A program made the translations under genes and the position numbers. A DNA stretch of 64,000 bases from Nitrospirota bacterium. Its GTDB lineage: Bacteria; Nitrospirota; UBA9217. This document shows positions 10,609 to 20,500 of this stretch, one piece after another. Location: contig CAWIYV010000004.1 of the NCBI GenBank assembly GCA_963840455.1, positions 165,809 through 229,808 of the forward strand, read 5' to 3'. How positions within the stretch are numbered: the first letter of the stretch is position 1; every line of letters starts with the position of its first letter. The notes under the pieces were generated by a model, which searched no databases, was not told the origin of the DNA, and worked only from the letters and a program-made list of their open reading frames with translations.

Positions 10609-10638
10609 CAGGACCGGACTTGCCCCGGTCCTGTTTTT
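10609..10638 (+). terminator. Intrinsic terminator downstream of smc
   Basis: CAGGACCGG-ACTTGCC-CCGGTCCTG-TTTTT. Confidence 0.8.
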
Positions 10639-10747
10639 ATTTGATGCATCCCCATACGGTTTCCTCGTGACCTCAGTGTTGGCCTTAACGTATTTCCTGC
10701 TTCATCATCCTTGCTTTCGCCGTATCGGCATGATACATTCTGGCACC

Positions 10748-11719
10748 ATGGTACAGGCCGGATCACCCATACGGTACCTTGTCCCGATGCTGGCCCTCCT
10801 GGTCGCGGCCCTCTGTATCGCCGTCGTTCCTGCAGTCCGCGCGGAGGACGGCCAGCCCGCCGTTCCGCCTACGCCTCCTCCCGAGTTCTACAAGATCGAG
10901 TTCGAACCTGATGCCTACTACACCAGCCTCGGCCTGTACCTCGCCCTGACCAAAGCTCCCATCCCCCATGTCGGCGAGCAGAGCGAGAAGGACCTCTACC
11001 TGACCCTGCTCTCCCGGGCATACGCACCCCGCTTCCTGGTGATCGAGGGCAGCGTCAACCCCCTCCCCTATGCGGGCACCTATATCAAGGAACATGATCC
11101 GTCGTTCTACGAGAACGCACAGGTAACTGGGAGCTTCAACTGGGTGCAGGCCGTCACCGCGGGGTTCGAGGAACCCTACGCCGTGTCGGCCTTTCTGGGG
11201 AACATCGTGGATTTCTCCCTGCCCGGGAGCAAGGAGAGCAAAGGCATCGGCTACAGCGGGCTGCTGTACAGCCAGGGGACCTACCACATCAAGAACAATA
11301 CGCTCATCCGGGACGACTGGTGGGAGCTGGAATGGAAGGTGAAGGGCGACCGGAAGAAATCAGACCAGAAGCTGAGCTGGAGCTTCCGCTTCGGCGCCAA
11401 GCTCCATGGAAATCCCGACATCACGGACATCTACTACGTCTCCTTCCGCCGGAGCAGGCTTGACTACCGGCCAAAGCGGGACACGATCTTCAACAATAGC
11501 GGGTTCGAGTACACCATGGACCTGAAAAAGAACACCTTCACGCCGATGCGGCACTACTTCTTCGTCGAGAAGAAGTGGCCGCTTGAGGGAAAGAAGATGG
11601 CCTTCGCCCTGGCAACGGGATTCGTGTGGGAGTCCGCCGACAAGTATTCAGGTGAGCTCGCGACCGGCAAGCAGGGCAGCAGCACCCAGATCATCCTCCG
11701 GCCGAACATCGAGTTCTGA
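10748..11719 (+). CDS. Exported hypothetical protein, probable outer-membrane beta-barrel (start uncertain)
   Basis: Signal peptide ending VRA-E, alternating aromatic strands, C-terminal Phe. Confidence 0.65.
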   Translation: MVQAGSPIRYLVPMLALLVAALCIAVVPAVRAEDGQPAVPPTPPPEFYKIEFEPDAYYTSLGLYLALTKAPIPHVGEQSEKDLYLTLLSRAYAPRFLVIEGSVNPLPYAGTYIKEHDPSFYENAQVTGSFNWVQAVTAGFEEPYAVSAFLGNIVDFSLPGSKESKGIGYSGLLYSQGTYHIKNNTLIRDDWWELEWKVKGDRKKSDQKLSWSFRFGAKLHGNPDITDIYYVSFRRSRLDYRPKRDTIFNNSGFEYTMDLKKNTFTPMRHYFFVEKKWPLEGKKMAFALATGFVWESADKYSGELATGKQGSSTQIILRPNIEF

Positions 11720-11806
11720 GAATCCGCTTCAAGCCAAGCAAATTATCTGCATGAAGGGGGATGGACATTCTGCCCATCCCCTTGTCGTCAACCGACCCTC
11801 ACACTC

Positions 11807-11842
11807 GCGGTAATTTCTCCCGCTGCGGTAATTTCTCCCGCT
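11807..11842. repeat. Perfect 18-bp tandem duplication
   Basis: GCGGTAATTTCTCCCGCT x2. Confidence 0.9.
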
Positions 11843-12123
11843 TCTGTTCTTTTCCCAGGAGCATGGTTCTCATCTGTTCGTACAGGCCGTTCCATTGCAC
11901 GGGATCAGCTCCACCAAACATGTCTTATTGGTATTCATAAAAAGGAGACATGCCCGCGGGCAAGTGTCAAATTCTAATTTCAATTTGACGACATGCGATA
12001 CTGCGGAATATCCATAGAAGATGCTGAGATTCTGACGTAATGGTTATACGGTATCGATGCGGGTATGCGCAATCACCCTGAAGGGGTAACAATGGGGGAG
12101 GAATCTTTGAAGAATTGCTCCGC

Positions 12124-13317
12124 TTATTCGGAGCTTTCCTCAGGAGCACGGGGGCCAGCGCTGGCTGAAGGAGCTGTCCGGAGTTCCGGCGCCAGGATCT
12201 GTTCCCGCGTTATGCTGTCCAGGGGAACGGTCAAGACCTCGAAGGACGTAAGCGGCGGATCGAGCGCGTTCAGGAGGGTCCGGGCGCGCTCCTCGTCGGC
12301 AGCGCAGGCCAGCGCCCGGATCTCCGTTCCCTCCCGGACGACCGTGACGCTTTCCGGGACATCCATCGGTCCACCGGCGTCCGTCTGTGCCGCGCCGGCG
12401 AAAGCCGCCATTACGGAGCGGTCCAGCGTGGTCATGATGCGCTTGCCGCCGCGGTACAGTTCCTGCTCGGAGAGGAAGGAGAGCAACACCTGCTGAAGCG
12501 CCCGCAGATGACAGGGCCTGACATTCTCGATCCCGGCCGATGGCAGATCGAACCGCTTTGAGGACTGGTCGCGGAGCTGCAGGGGCTCGGCAAGCGCCTG
12601 CTGGTATTCCTCCTGGGTCAGCAGCTTCGCCTGCTGCATGTTGAACAGCACCTGCTCCTGCCGATGGCGCGCCTTGTCCGGCCGTTTAAAAGGATCATAG
12701 TACTTCGGGTTCGGCAGCATGCCGGCGAGCAGCGCAGCCTCAGCGTTCGTCAGCTCCGCGGCATGCTTGTCAAAGAAATAACGGCTCGCTGCCTCGATGC
12801 CGTGCAGGTCGGGCCCCCACTCCACCTCGTTCAGATAGATCTCGAGGATCTGTCGCTTGGTCAGGACCTCCTCGGCCCGCCGGGCAAGCACGAACTCCCG
12901 CAGTTTCCTCCCGATAGTCTTCTCCTTCGACAGCAGTACGTTCTTGATCATCTGCTGGGTGATGGTGCTGCCGCCGCGGGCGAAGCGCTTCTTCTGCACG
13001 TCGTGCTTGAGCGCCTCCCAGACCGCCTTGTAGTTGACGCCTTCATGGCCGAAAAAGGTGTCGTCTTCGGCGGTCACGACCGCCTTGATGGCGATATCGG
13101 GCAGCGAGGAGATCGGCACCCAAACGCGGAACTTCCGTTCGTAGTAGGATGCGAGGGGCCTGCCGTTCCGGTCCAGCACCTCGGACGCTGCAGCAGGGCG
13201 ATAGTGTTTCAGGACGGAGATGTCAGGAAGATTCCTGAGGGACAGGAACACCCAGACCGCGGGGACCAGGATGAGCAGCGCCAGAGCGGCAAACCCCCAG
13301 AGAAGGATCTTTTTCAT
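12124..13317 (-). CDS. Peptidoglycan transglycosylase (GT51), no transpeptidase domain
   Basis: EDDTFFGHEG, GGSTITQQ, RKLRE, KRQILEIYLN motifs. Confidence 0.9.
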   Translation of the reverse strand: MKKILLWGFAALALLILVPAVWVFLSLRNLPDISVLKHYRPAAASEVLDRNGRPLASYYERKFRVWVPISSLPDIAIKAVVTAEDDTFFGHEGVNYKAVWEALKHDVQKKRFARGGSTITQQMIKNVLLSKEKTIGRKLREFVLARRAEEVLTKRQILEIYLNEVEWGPDLHGIEAASRYFFDKHAAELTNAEAALLAGMLPNPKYYDPFKRPDKARHRQEQVLFNMQQAKLLTQEEYQQALAEPLQLRDQSSKRFDLPSAGIENVRPCHLRALQQVLLSFLSEQELYRGGKRIMTTLDRSVMAAFAGAAQTDAGGPMDVPESVTVVREGTEIRALACAADEERARTLLNALDPPLTSFEVLTVPLDSITREQILAPELRTAPSASAGPRAPEESSE

Positions 13318-13326
13318 CGCAGGAGG

Positions 13327-13482
13327 TTACTTTTTCCCGGTTTCGTTCTTGTGATCGTGGTCATCCCTCCTACAGGAGGGACCAGGGTCGATGCCTCAGC
13401 CACCGCCGCCGCGGCGGAGGGATCCGATCACGAGCAGGAACGCGATGCCGATGAGAATATTGATGAACTGGTTGTCACCCAT
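13327..13482 (-). CDS. Candidate small membrane selenoprotein (51 aa, Sec at codon 29)
   Basis: MGDNQFINILIGIAFLLVIGSLRRGGGG-TGA-GIDPGPSCRRDDHDHKNETGKK-TAA; SECIS-like hairpin 11 nt after TGA; read-through fills the intergenic gap. Confidence 0.6.
13354..13395 (-). promoter_or_regulatory. Putative bacterial SECIS element
   Basis: After UGA: 11 nt, then UGG-UCCCUCC-[UGUA]-GGAGGGA-UGA-CCA, plus lower AUCG/CGAU stem. Confidence 0.55.
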
Positions 13483-13525
13483 GGTTTTCTTTTCCCCGTT
13501 GGTCTTGAAAGGATAATGTTACTGC

Positions 13526-14059
13526 CTACTCCTTCTTATCCAGCATGGCCTGAATGACCTGCTGTGCCGCAGGACTCATCCAGTCAGCTGCGCCGATGAT
13601 CTTTCGCCGGACTACCCCCCCGCGGTCGACAAGATAGGTCTCGGGGAACTTGAAGGTTCCATAGGCCCTTGATACGGACTGGTCGGGGTTCAGGAGCACC
13701 GGCAGGGCAAAGCGGTTCTTCTGCATGAACTGCCCGACGGCGCCTGCTCCGCCTTCGTCCACGCTCACGGCGAGGATCTCGAGGTCCCTGCCGAAATAGG
13801 CACGGTACAGGCGCTCCAGCGTCGGGATCTCCTCGACGCACGGCGGGCACCAGGTCGCCCAGAAGTGCACCACCACGACCTTGCCGCGGTACGATGACAG
13901 GTTCACCGTCCTCCCGTCCAGCGACGGGAGCTGGAACTCGGGCGCGCGATCACCTTCCTGAACGATCCTCACCCGCTGCCCGCCGTTCTGCCCGAAGAGG
14001 AACAGGGCCCCGACAACTGCCAGGACCGCGATGACGATGATCAACGCATTTTTCTTCAT
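13526..14059 (-). CDS. TlpA/ResA family thiol-disulfide oxidoreductase
   Basis: FWATWCPPC, FPETY, N-terminal anchor. Confidence 0.92.
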   Translation of the reverse strand: MKKNALIIVIAVLAVVGALFLFGQNGGQRVRIVQEGDRAPEFQLPSLDGRTVNLSSYRGKVVVVHFWATWCPPCVEEIPTLERLYRAYFGRDLEILAVSVDEGGAGAVGQFMQKNRFALPVLLNPDQSVSRAYGTFKFPETYLVDRGGVVRRKIIGAADWMSPAAQQVIQAMLDKKE

Positions 14060-14096
14060 CCTCTCACAGACCTCCCTTGTCGACGAGCGCTCCCGC

Positions 14097-14125
14097 GAAG
14101 CACCCCGCAGCAAGCTGCGGGGCAT
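14097..14125. repeat. Palindromic hairpin related to element II (IS200/IS605-type end or MITE remnant)
   Basis: GAAGCACCCCGCAGCAAGCTGCGGGG, similar to the hairpins in 55466-55580. Confidence 0.6.
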
Positions 14126-14235
14126 GCATTCGTTCCTGGGCGCATGAACGGAAATGCATTATACCGCGGCGTGAGCGGGCGGGCAAGGAAAAATGTGGTT
14201 TTAAAAACAGAACCCCTCTGTTATAATGAACATCT

Positions 14236-16056
14236 ATGATCCGCGAGATCAAACTGCTGGGGAAGGCCAATGACAAGGTCGACTATTCCGTGACCATCAC
14301 GGGCGCGGACCTCAGCAACCGCTATTACTACGAGTCGGTCCCCGAGGGGGACCGGTTCTTTTCGGGCGGGAACGAGTTCATCATAACCAAGACCGGCGTC
14401 CGCTACATGGGGACCGGCGGTCACGTCTGCCAGTACATGTTCGGTGTTGATCTTCCGCTCAAAGACCTGCTCCGCAAGGACGTGGCGAACCGTCTCGTGA
14501 TGTTCGGGGCCTATTACGACAAGGCCGACAGCATTACGTTCAGCAACACCACGGCCGGCGAGGAGTCCTTCGACCGCATCTTCCTCACAGGCAACGCTGT
14601 TTCCAACTTTTTTTTCTTCGTGGACACAACGCTGAAGGCCGAGATTCGGGAGGTCCAGCGGGATGTCCTCCGGAAGCTGGGCAAGCAGGTGAAGCGGAGC
14701 GAGGCCGTGGGCGTGCGCGACGATTCCCGCTTCTGCCGGGAGATCTTCGACGCCCTGGAGGACCCCAGGGCCTTCGTGTTCCTGTTCCGGCTCGTCAACC
14801 TGCACACCGAGGAATACTTCGCCACGTTCAACAAGATGTACGCCGAGCACAAGCAGATCCCCCCTCACGACATGGAGATCCTGAGCGCCCTCGCCGACCT
14901 CCACGACCTCGCCCCCTACCAGCAGGAGCGCATCAAGATCGACGGCATGTACAAGCTGACCGAGAACAAGAAGGTCGTCGACGAGTACAAGGACATCCTG
15001 ATCGCCGTCTCGGAGACGGGCGAGGTAAGCCCATCAGAGCTGGCCAAGCTCTCGCGGCTCCGGACACTGAGCCTCCGCCTCAACATCCCGAACAACCTGT
15101 TCGATACCCTCGACGAGCTCCTGCTCAAGGACATGCAGATCATCGAGGTGGAAGAGCCGGACTACATCCGGGAGACCCGGGCCATCTGCGAAGGGTTCTT
15201 CCTGAAGACCGGCGATCTCCGCGGACACGTGGTGCCGGAGGATCTCATCAAGCTGCTGAAGGCCAAGCAGCGGTCCATGACGAACCGGGACCCTGCCTTT
15301 GAAAGCTTGCTGCTGGACACGGTCCGCGCCTGCGACGAGAACGCCCGCGACACCAACGACATGACCATCCTGGAGGGCATGAGCCAGGTCCTGACCTATT
15401 TCGACCGGTACGACAGCGCCGCCACCGTGATCAACAACCTGGCGTTCATGGAGCGGTCATCCCTCAATGAGGACAACATCCGGAGCCTCGCCGGCAACAT
15501 GGACATCTTCGACAAGGTGAAAAAGGGGTTCTTTCACGAGCTCTTCATTGCCGACCTGAAGGAGAACCGCTACCTGACCCGCTACGGACGGAAAAAGGTC
15601 GACACGCTGTACCGGGGGCTGGAGAAGATCCGCTCCGGCGATACCACCTACCGCGAGCTGGCCGCGACGCTCAACACCGTCAATGCCGAGGAGCGCATCT
15701 ACACGACCATCCACCGCTACATCAAGGAGCGGTTCAAGAGCATCTATGCCGAGCTGAACTCCAAGGAGGATCAGGAGATATTCATCCAGGACCTGAACCG
15801 GGAGGTCCAGGCCAAGGGCCTCACCAAAGGGCCCGTCCCCCACGCCATTTACGAAGAGATCATCCTGGACATCCGGAAGGAGTCGTTCTACCTCAACAAC
15901 CTCCTGCCTCACATCATAGTCTCCCGCGACAACCGGGTCCGCGAGGACTTCCTCACCAACAGCGGTCTCGACCGGTTCTACGTCGAGGAGCTGGAACGTG
16001 ATTACTTCGACATGAACCAGATTGACATCTACATCCTCGAGGAGCTGAGAAAGTAG
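14236..16056 (+). CDS. Conserved hypothetical protein, TIGR04442-like
   Basis: 606 aa, host-like codon usage; family recalled from the RFFSGGNEF and GG..C.YMFG motifs. Confidence 0.7.
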   Translation: MIREIKLLGKANDKVDYSVTITGADLSNRYYYESVPEGDRFFSGGNEFIITKTGVRYMGTGGHVCQYMFGVDLPLKDLLRKDVANRLVMFGAYYDKADSITFSNTTAGEESFDRIFLTGNAVSNFFFFVDTTLKAEIREVQRDVLRKLGKQVKRSEAVGVRDDSRFCREIFDALEDPRAFVFLFRLVNLHTEEYFATFNKMYAEHKQIPPHDMEILSALADLHDLAPYQQERIKIDGMYKLTENKKVVDEYKDILIAVSETGEVSPSELAKLSRLRTLSLRLNIPNNLFDTLDELLLKDMQIIEVEEPDYIRETRAICEGFFLKTGDLRGHVVPEDLIKLLKAKQRSMTNRDPAFESLLLDTVRACDENARDTNDMTILEGMSQVLTYFDRYDSAATVINNLAFMERSSLNEDNIRSLAGNMDIFDKVKKGFFHELFIADLKENRYLTRYGRKKVDTLYRGLEKIRSGDTTYRELAATLNTVNAEERIYTTIHRYIKERFKSIYAELNSKEDQEIFIQDLNREVQAKGLTKGPVPHAIYEEIILDIRKESFYLNNLLPHIIVSRDNRVREDFLTNSGLDRFYVEELERDYFDMNQIDIYILEELRK

Positions 16057-16058
16057 CC

Positions 16059-17246
16059 ATGTTCAGAGCGAAGATCCTCGACCGGTACATCATGCGCGAG
16101 CTCCTGGCTCCCTTCTTCCTGAGCATCGCCGTCCTCACGCTTGCCCTCTTTCTGCAGAAGATGTTCCGACTCACGGAGCTGGTGCTGTCCAAGGGGTCCT
16201 CGCTCGCCGAGACGGGCAAGCTTCTCCTGTACATCATGCCCGGCTTCCTCGCGATGACCATCCCCATATCGCTGCTGGTCGCAGCGCTTACGGCCTTCGC
16301 CCGTCTCTCATCGGACTCGGAGGTGACGGCCATGAAGGCGTCCCGGGTGAGCCTCTACGCCATGGTCCGCCCGGTGATGAAGTTCTCCATCGTCCTGTTC
16401 TTCGTCACCGCCGTCATCGCCCACTTTCTGGCTCCCCGCGCCACGTTCGCCTTCAAGGCGCAGCTCTTCAACATGCTGAAGGCACGGGCCATGGTGGGCC
16501 TGGAGCAGGGCATATTCAGCAGCACCTTCGACGGGATGGTCATCTACGTGGACAAGATGAATTCCCTGGACGACATACAGGGGATCTTCATCTCCGACGA
16601 GCGTTCAGGGAGCGAACCGTACACCATCGTGGCGAAGCAGGGCCGGCTCATCACCAACATGGAGAACCTGAATGTCACCCTGATCATGGAGCACGGCTCC
16701 ATCCATCTGCAGCCGCGCGCAGAGGACGTCTACTCGCTCATGTTCTTCGACTCGGGACGGCTCAACATCGACATCAACCGCGCGACCATGAGATACAGCG
16801 GCTCCGGGCGAAACATCGATGAGATGGACAGCCGCGAGCTGCTCGGGGCGCTGCGGCAGGCGCGCACGGCAGGAGAGCCCACCAAGAACATCGAGATCGA
16901 GTTCCAGAAGCGCATGTCCATCTCCTACGCCTGCCTGGTCTTCGGGCTCATCGGAGCCCCCCTTGGCATCCGAAAGAGCCGCACAGGGAGATCGGCGGGC
17001 ATCGCCGTCTCCATCCTCGTGATCCTCGTGTACTACCTCATCCTCGGGACGGCCTCAAGGCTTGCGCAAAGTGGTGCCGTATCGCCGGCCGCCGCGACCT
17101 GGGTCCCGAACGGTCTGATCACCGTCGCCGCCGTCGCGATGGTGGTGAAAAAGGGCGACGAGATCTACTTCGGAATAGGGCCCCGCATCAGTGCCCTGGT
17201 GCGCCGCCTGGCGTCGTTCTTCCGGCGAGGGGGACATACACCATGA
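16059..17246 (+). CDS. lptF: LPS export ABC transporter permease LptF
   Basis: ILDRYIMRE, RLSSDSEVTAMKAS; tandem with lptG. Confidence 0.88.
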   Translation: MFRAKILDRYIMRELLAPFFLSIAVLTLALFLQKMFRLTELVLSKGSSLAETGKLLLYIMPGFLAMTIPISLLVAALTAFARLSSDSEVTAMKASRVSLYAMVRPVMKFSIVLFFVTAVIAHFLAPRATFAFKAQLFNMLKARAMVGLEQGIFSSTFDGMVIYVDKMNSLDDIQGIFISDERSGSEPYTIVAKQGRLITNMENLNVTLIMEHGSIHLQPRAEDVYSLMFFDSGRLNIDINRATMRYSGSGRNIDEMDSRELLGALRQARTAGEPTKNIEIEFQKRMSISYACLVFGLIGAPLGIRKSRTGRSAGIAVSILVILVYYLILGTASRLAQSGAVSPAAATWVPNGLITVAAVAMVVKKGDEIYFGIGPRISALVRRLASFFRRGGHTP

Positions 17247-18328
17247 AGCTGCTCGACCGCTACATATTCATGGCATTCTTCAGGACCTCGTTCATGGTCC
17301 TCGCGGGGATCGTGGTCCTCTTCCTCTGCATGACATTCCTGAGGGAGGCCGACGACTTCATCAAGTACAAGGCCACCTTTGCCCAGATCGCAGCATATTA
17401 TCTCTACAGCATTCCCAGCATGGCGGGCCAGGCCCTTCCGTTTGCCGCGCTCATCGGGACCCTGCTCTCCCTGGGGAACCTTTCCCGCCACCAGGAGATC
17501 ACCGCCATGCGCGCCGGCGGGGTCAGCCTCATCGGCATCATTGTCCCGGTCCTCGTTGGCGGCATCCTGATCTCGGGCCTCGGGTTCGTGAACAACGAGA
17601 TGATCATGCCGGTCTACACCGCCCGTGCCGCGTTCATCCGGAATGTGGAAGTGGAGAAAAAACAGCAGCGGGTCATCTTCCAGCAGCGCCGCCTCTGGCT
17701 CCGGGGGCCGGACAACAGCATCGCGAACATCGACCTCGTTACGCCGGACCGGAAGGAGATGATCGGCGTCAACATTTACAAGTTGAATCCCGATTTCAGT
17801 GTCCGCGAGCGGATCAAGGCCGGGCGGCTCGTCTGGGAGGACACCGCCTGGAAGCTCCGGGAGAGCCAGAAGTTCGTCACCCGGGACGACGCCATCATCT
17901 CCCAGAAGGCGGACGGCGAGGTATACAACATCGTGGACAGGCCCGAGGACATGGGGATGATCGTCAAGAGCTCCGAGGAGATGAACTTTACCGAGCTCTG
18001 GGATTACGTACGGAAGCTCAAAGGCAGCGGGTACAAGGCGGTACGGTACGAGGTGGACCTGCACGGAAAGGTCGCCTACCCCTTTGCGAGCCTCCTGATG
18101 GTCATGATCGCCACCCCCTTCTCGCTCCAGCGGGTGCGGAGCGGTGGAGCGGCCCGCGGCATCGCCCTGTCCCTGCTTATCGCCACGGTGTACTGGGCAC
18201 TCACCAGCGGCGGCAGAGCCCTCGGGCTTTCCGGTGCAATGCCACCTCTCCAGGCCGCATGGCTTGCCAACACGGTCTTCGCGGTCCTGGCGATTGCTGC
18301 CATCGTCCGGATGCAGCGGCAAGTGTAG
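17243..18328 (+). CDS. lptG: LPS export ABC transporter permease LptG
   Basis: LLDRYI, LSRHQEITAMRAGGVS, AAWLAN; 4-nt overlap with lptF. Confidence 0.88.
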   Translation: MKLLDRYIFMAFFRTSFMVLAGIVVLFLCMTFLREADDFIKYKATFAQIAAYYLYSIPSMAGQALPFAALIGTLLSLGNLSRHQEITAMRAGGVSLIGIIVPVLVGGILISGLGFVNNEMIMPVYTARAAFIRNVEVEKKQQRVIFQQRRLWLRGPDNSIANIDLVTPDRKEMIGVNIYKLNPDFSVRERIKAGRLVWEDTAWKLRESQKFVTRDDAIISQKADGEVYNIVDRPEDMGMIVKSSEEMNFTELWDYVRKLKGSGYKAVRYEVDLHGKVAYPFASLLMVMIATPFSLQRVRSGGAARGIALSLLIATVYWALTSGGRALGLSGAMPPLQAAWLANTVFAVLAIAAIVRMQRQV

Positions 18329-18389
18329 GATCGTTGACAAGAACTGGCCATGGTGTTACGGTGTAATCAAGGAGCGCTGACGAAACGGC

Positions 18390-18818
18390 ATGAAAAGACT
18401 TTTCTTCTCCCAGAGCATGCTTGACAGCATGGTGGAAGCGGGTAAGATCAAGGTGGACAAGGGCATCCTGACCATGCTTGCCGGAGACCACCCGACCTTC
18501 TCGCTGCACCCTGCGTTCCGCATCGTCAGGACCATTGACGACGGCGCGGACCCCAACGGCCTCGTGGGCCAGATACGGTCCGAGGCGGGGCTCAGGGAGC
18601 TGGGCGCCGAGACCTATATGGACTCGGTCATCTATAAGGATATTGCCTACCAGGCGGACACCGGCTTCATTGCCGAGAAACGGGTGCCTGTACAGGCAAC
18701 GGAAGCGAAGACCGCGCCGAAGCCTGCGGAGCAGCCCGCGGCAGTCGCCGAGCCCCCTGCGGATACGGCCAAGGACGCGAACGATCTGTCCAAGTTCATC
18801 CTGGACAACCTGCTCTGA
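18390..18818 (+). CDS. Hypothetical protein
   Basis: AGGAG RBS, host codon usage, stop/start coupled to next gene. Confidence 0.75.
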   Translation: MKRLFFSQSMLDSMVEAGKIKVDKGILTMLAGDHPTFSLHPAFRIVRTIDDGADPNGLVGQIRSEAGLRELGAETYMDSVIYKDIAYQADTGFIAEKRVPVQATEAKTAPKPAEQPAAVAEPPADTAKDANDLSKFILDNLL

Positions 18819-19510
18819 TGCCAGACCGTTCCTCCCCGCTCACACGGACCGGCAAGGTCCTGCTCGGCATCGCGCTCCTTCCCTTCTGTGCAGGATTCGC
18901 CTGGCAGCTCGCCGTCATTTCCATGAGGGTCACGTACCAACCCCTCGTTCCCTACTGGTTCGCCGGCGGGTTCATCCTCTACGTCGTCATCCACTTCCTG
19001 TTCAAGAAGCCGATCCTGAGCTATGTCGTGGGTCACGAACTGACCCACGCGCTCTTCGCCGTCCTGTTCGGCGGCTCCGTAAAGTCCTTCCACGCCAGCG
19101 AAAAGGGAGGCCAGGTCCAGATCACCAAATCGAACTTCATCATCACCCTGGCGCCCTACTTCTTCCCGCTCTACACCTTCTTCGCCCTTGCCGCCTACTG
19201 GCTCGCCCGGGCCGCTGACGCCCCCGTGCTCGAGCCCTGGCTTGTCCTCATCGCCGGGGCTGCCTTCGCGTTCCATATCATCCTTACGCTGATCTTCCTC
19301 CAGACCGACCAGAACGACATCAGCGAGCACGGCGCGTTCTTCTCCTACCCCCTCATTCTCCTGTTCAACATCGTCCTGACCGCGCTTCTTATCCGTCTCC
19401 TGCTGGCGAGGGATATGAGCTACCTTGACTTTCTGGTTGATGGTATAATGAGGAGTGTCAGCCTGATCGTGCTGGGATCAGCGAAGCTATACGGGTGGCT
19501 CGCGCGGTAG
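18818..19510 (+). CDS. Membrane protein with HExxH motif (M50-like metallopeptidase)
   Basis: GHELTH, LAPYFFP and Q.D motifs; several TM segments. Confidence 0.7.
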   Translation: MPDRSSPLTRTGKVLLGIALLPFCAGFAWQLAVISMRVTYQPLVPYWFAGGFILYVVIHFLFKKPILSYVVGHELTHALFAVLFGGSVKSFHASEKGGQVQITKSNFIITLAPYFFPLYTFFALAAYWLARAADAPVLEPWLVLIAGAAFAFHIILTLIFLQTDQNDISEHGAFFSYPLILLFNIVLTALLIRLLLARDMSYLDFLVDGIMRSVSLIVLGSAKLYGWLAR

Positions 19511-19715
19511 CAGCGCTTCACCGTAGAATGGCAGAAAGATCGATCTTCACCACGGAGTCATGGAGAAAACTCCTTCAACGCTGATGATCGCTGATACAGT
19601 TTGATTGACGCAGAAACGTCTCATGATGGTCTGACAGCGAAAATCATAACCAATCATTATGTATGTCTGCGTTGAATTCTTTCTTCGTCCTCTGTGGTAG
19701 CGTGAGGTAAGGTTC

Positions 19716-20330
19716 ATGCTCATCGTGGGACTCACCGGCGGTATCGCCAGCGGCAAGAGCCTCGTGACCCGGGTCCTCCGGGACCTGGGCGCGCATATCA
19801 TCGACGCGGACAAGATCGTCCATGACCTCCTGGCCCCCGGCCAGGACACCTGCCGCGAGGTGGTCGGACATTTCGGCAAAGAGGTACAATTACCTGACGG
19901 TTCCATCGACCGGAGGAAGCTCGGCGATATCATCTTCAACCATCCTGAAGAACGCGCCTGGCTCAACCAGTGCATCCATCCCCGGGTGTTCGAGGCCTAT
20001 AATCACCAGGTCCGACACCTCAGCGAGCGTCAGCCCGACGCCATCGTTATCATGGACGCTGCGCTGCTCATCGAGACCGGCTATCACAAGCATATGGACA
20101 GGCTCATTGTGGTCTACGCAGATCAAAAGGCCCAGATGAAGCGTCTCATGGAGCGGGACCGGTTCACCCTGGAACAGGCCATGGCAAGGATATCGAGCCA
20201 GATGCCGCTTGACGAGAAGCGAAAATACGCAGACTTCGTCATCGAGAACACCGGAACGCGCGAGGCAACTGAGCAGCAGACTCGGGAGATCTTCGCGAAG
20301 CTGAAGGCAGAGGCAGGCAGGCGGGAATAA
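19716..20330 (+). CDS. coaE: Dephospho-CoA kinase
   Basis: GLTGGIASGKS, IDAD, IDRRKLG, IHP motifs. Confidence 0.95.
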   Translation: MLIVGLTGGIASGKSLVTRVLRDLGAHIIDADKIVHDLLAPGQDTCREVVGHFGKEVQLPDGSIDRRKLGDIIFNHPEERAWLNQCIHPRVFEAYNHQVRHLSERQPDAIVIMDAALLIETGYHKHMDRLIVVYADQKAQMKRLMERDRFTLEQAMARISSQMPLDEKRKYADFVIENTGTREATEQQTREIFAKLKAEAGRRE

Positions 20331-20500
20331 GCGGATGCAAAAACGGAGTCAAGCACCTACCGCGAGGGCGCGAAGGTCGCCAGGCTTTGATTCTATAACT
20401 ATGGTAAGCCGTGTTTTCCTTCGCGTTCTTCGCGTCTCGCTGAGAAGCGCCTACTTTTGGTCGCGGTTAAAATGATCTCTTTCTCTTTTGGATCCACGTT

